Below, piece after piece: positions 63,652 through 64,000 of a DNA stretch of 64,000 nucleotides. The DNA is from Oikopleura dioica (taxonomy: Eukaryota; Animalia; Chordata): contig OU015568.1 in NCBI GenBank assembly GCA_907165135.1, positions 3,534,001 to 3,598,000 on the forward strand. Reading direction: 5' to 3'. Position numbers and translations under genes: made by a program. Within the stretch, counting starts at the first letter, position 1; the number at the start of each line of letters is the position of its first letter. A model generated the notes under the pieces. The model was not told the DNA's origin. It worked only from the letters and a program-made list of their open reading frames with translations, and did no database searches.

Positions 63652-64000
63652 TTATAGAGCCCATCTCATCATTTTGTGTATTTTAGATAGGGATGTCAAG
63701 AACTCGAGGAATATTTTTGAAGGCTTATTTTTTTGCTTTTTTTGAAAGAAGAGACGAGAAGAAGGAGGTGTTTTTTGAGAAGGTTCTTGTTTTGTTTTTG
63801 CGTTGTTTTTTTTTACTGGACGGTACTCACCGCGTACTGGGCGAAGTTGGGATAGGTCACTTGGCCGCTTGAGTCGAAGTTTACCCGGGGATCCATGATT
63901 GGCATTGAAGAGGGGATTTGGATATAGCGACCCTAAAGAAGATTTAAATGATAGATTGGCAAATTTTAATCTTACCATAACTTGGTTCTCAATTTGTTGT
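63652..64000 (-). CDS. Possible terminal exon of a gene extending beyond the window
   Basis: 108-aa basic ORF at the window edge; no domain recognised. Confidence 0.25.
   Translation of the reverse strand, partial: QQIENQVMVRLKFANLSFKSSLGSLYPNPLFNANHGSPGKLRLKRPSDLSQLRPVRGEYRPVKKNNAKTKQEPSQKTPPSSRLFFQKKQKNKPSKIFLEFLTSLSKIHKMMRWAL

Noticed and set aside
1-64000. tRNA, rRNA, snRNA or SL RNA genes; autonomous transposase or reverse-transcriptase ORFs
   Set aside because: None recognised by eye; tRNAscan-SE, Infernal and a TE-protein search would be needed to exclude them.

Overview
Gene-dense eukaryotic genomic DNA, not prokaryotic. Very short introns (about 26-50 nt), non-canonical GA-AG introns, tightly packed co-oriented genes with splice acceptors just before the ATG, and TTAGGG-like motifs point to a larvacean tunicate such as Oikopleura (inference). 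About 30 genes were read by eye, so exon borders are approximate. Recognisable genes: MFSD12 (partial), a B-box/filamin TRIM, a GT14 core-2 GlcNAc-transferase, a DEG/ENaC channel with an internal ~2.2 kb tandem duplication, enkurin, POLR1B, a PKA-like non-RD kinase, a ZP-domain protein, a TMEFF-like protein, a small RING protein, an MpaB/DUF2236-like oxygenase, ARL2 and SCYL2. There are also many MITE/foldback elements. Most interesting candidates: (i) a divergent cystine-knot growth-factor-like gene whose last knot cysteine position is an in-frame TGA; (ii) a nuclear-receptor ligand-binding-domain gene with no visible zinc finger; (iii) a three-member orphan 4-TM family sharing an intron position; (iv) two Cys-rich PPxY single-pass paralogs; (v) a foldback element whose target-site duplication copies a 3' splice site; (vi) a likely trans-spliced operon ending in ARL2. 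No tRNA, rRNA or CRISPR array was recognised.
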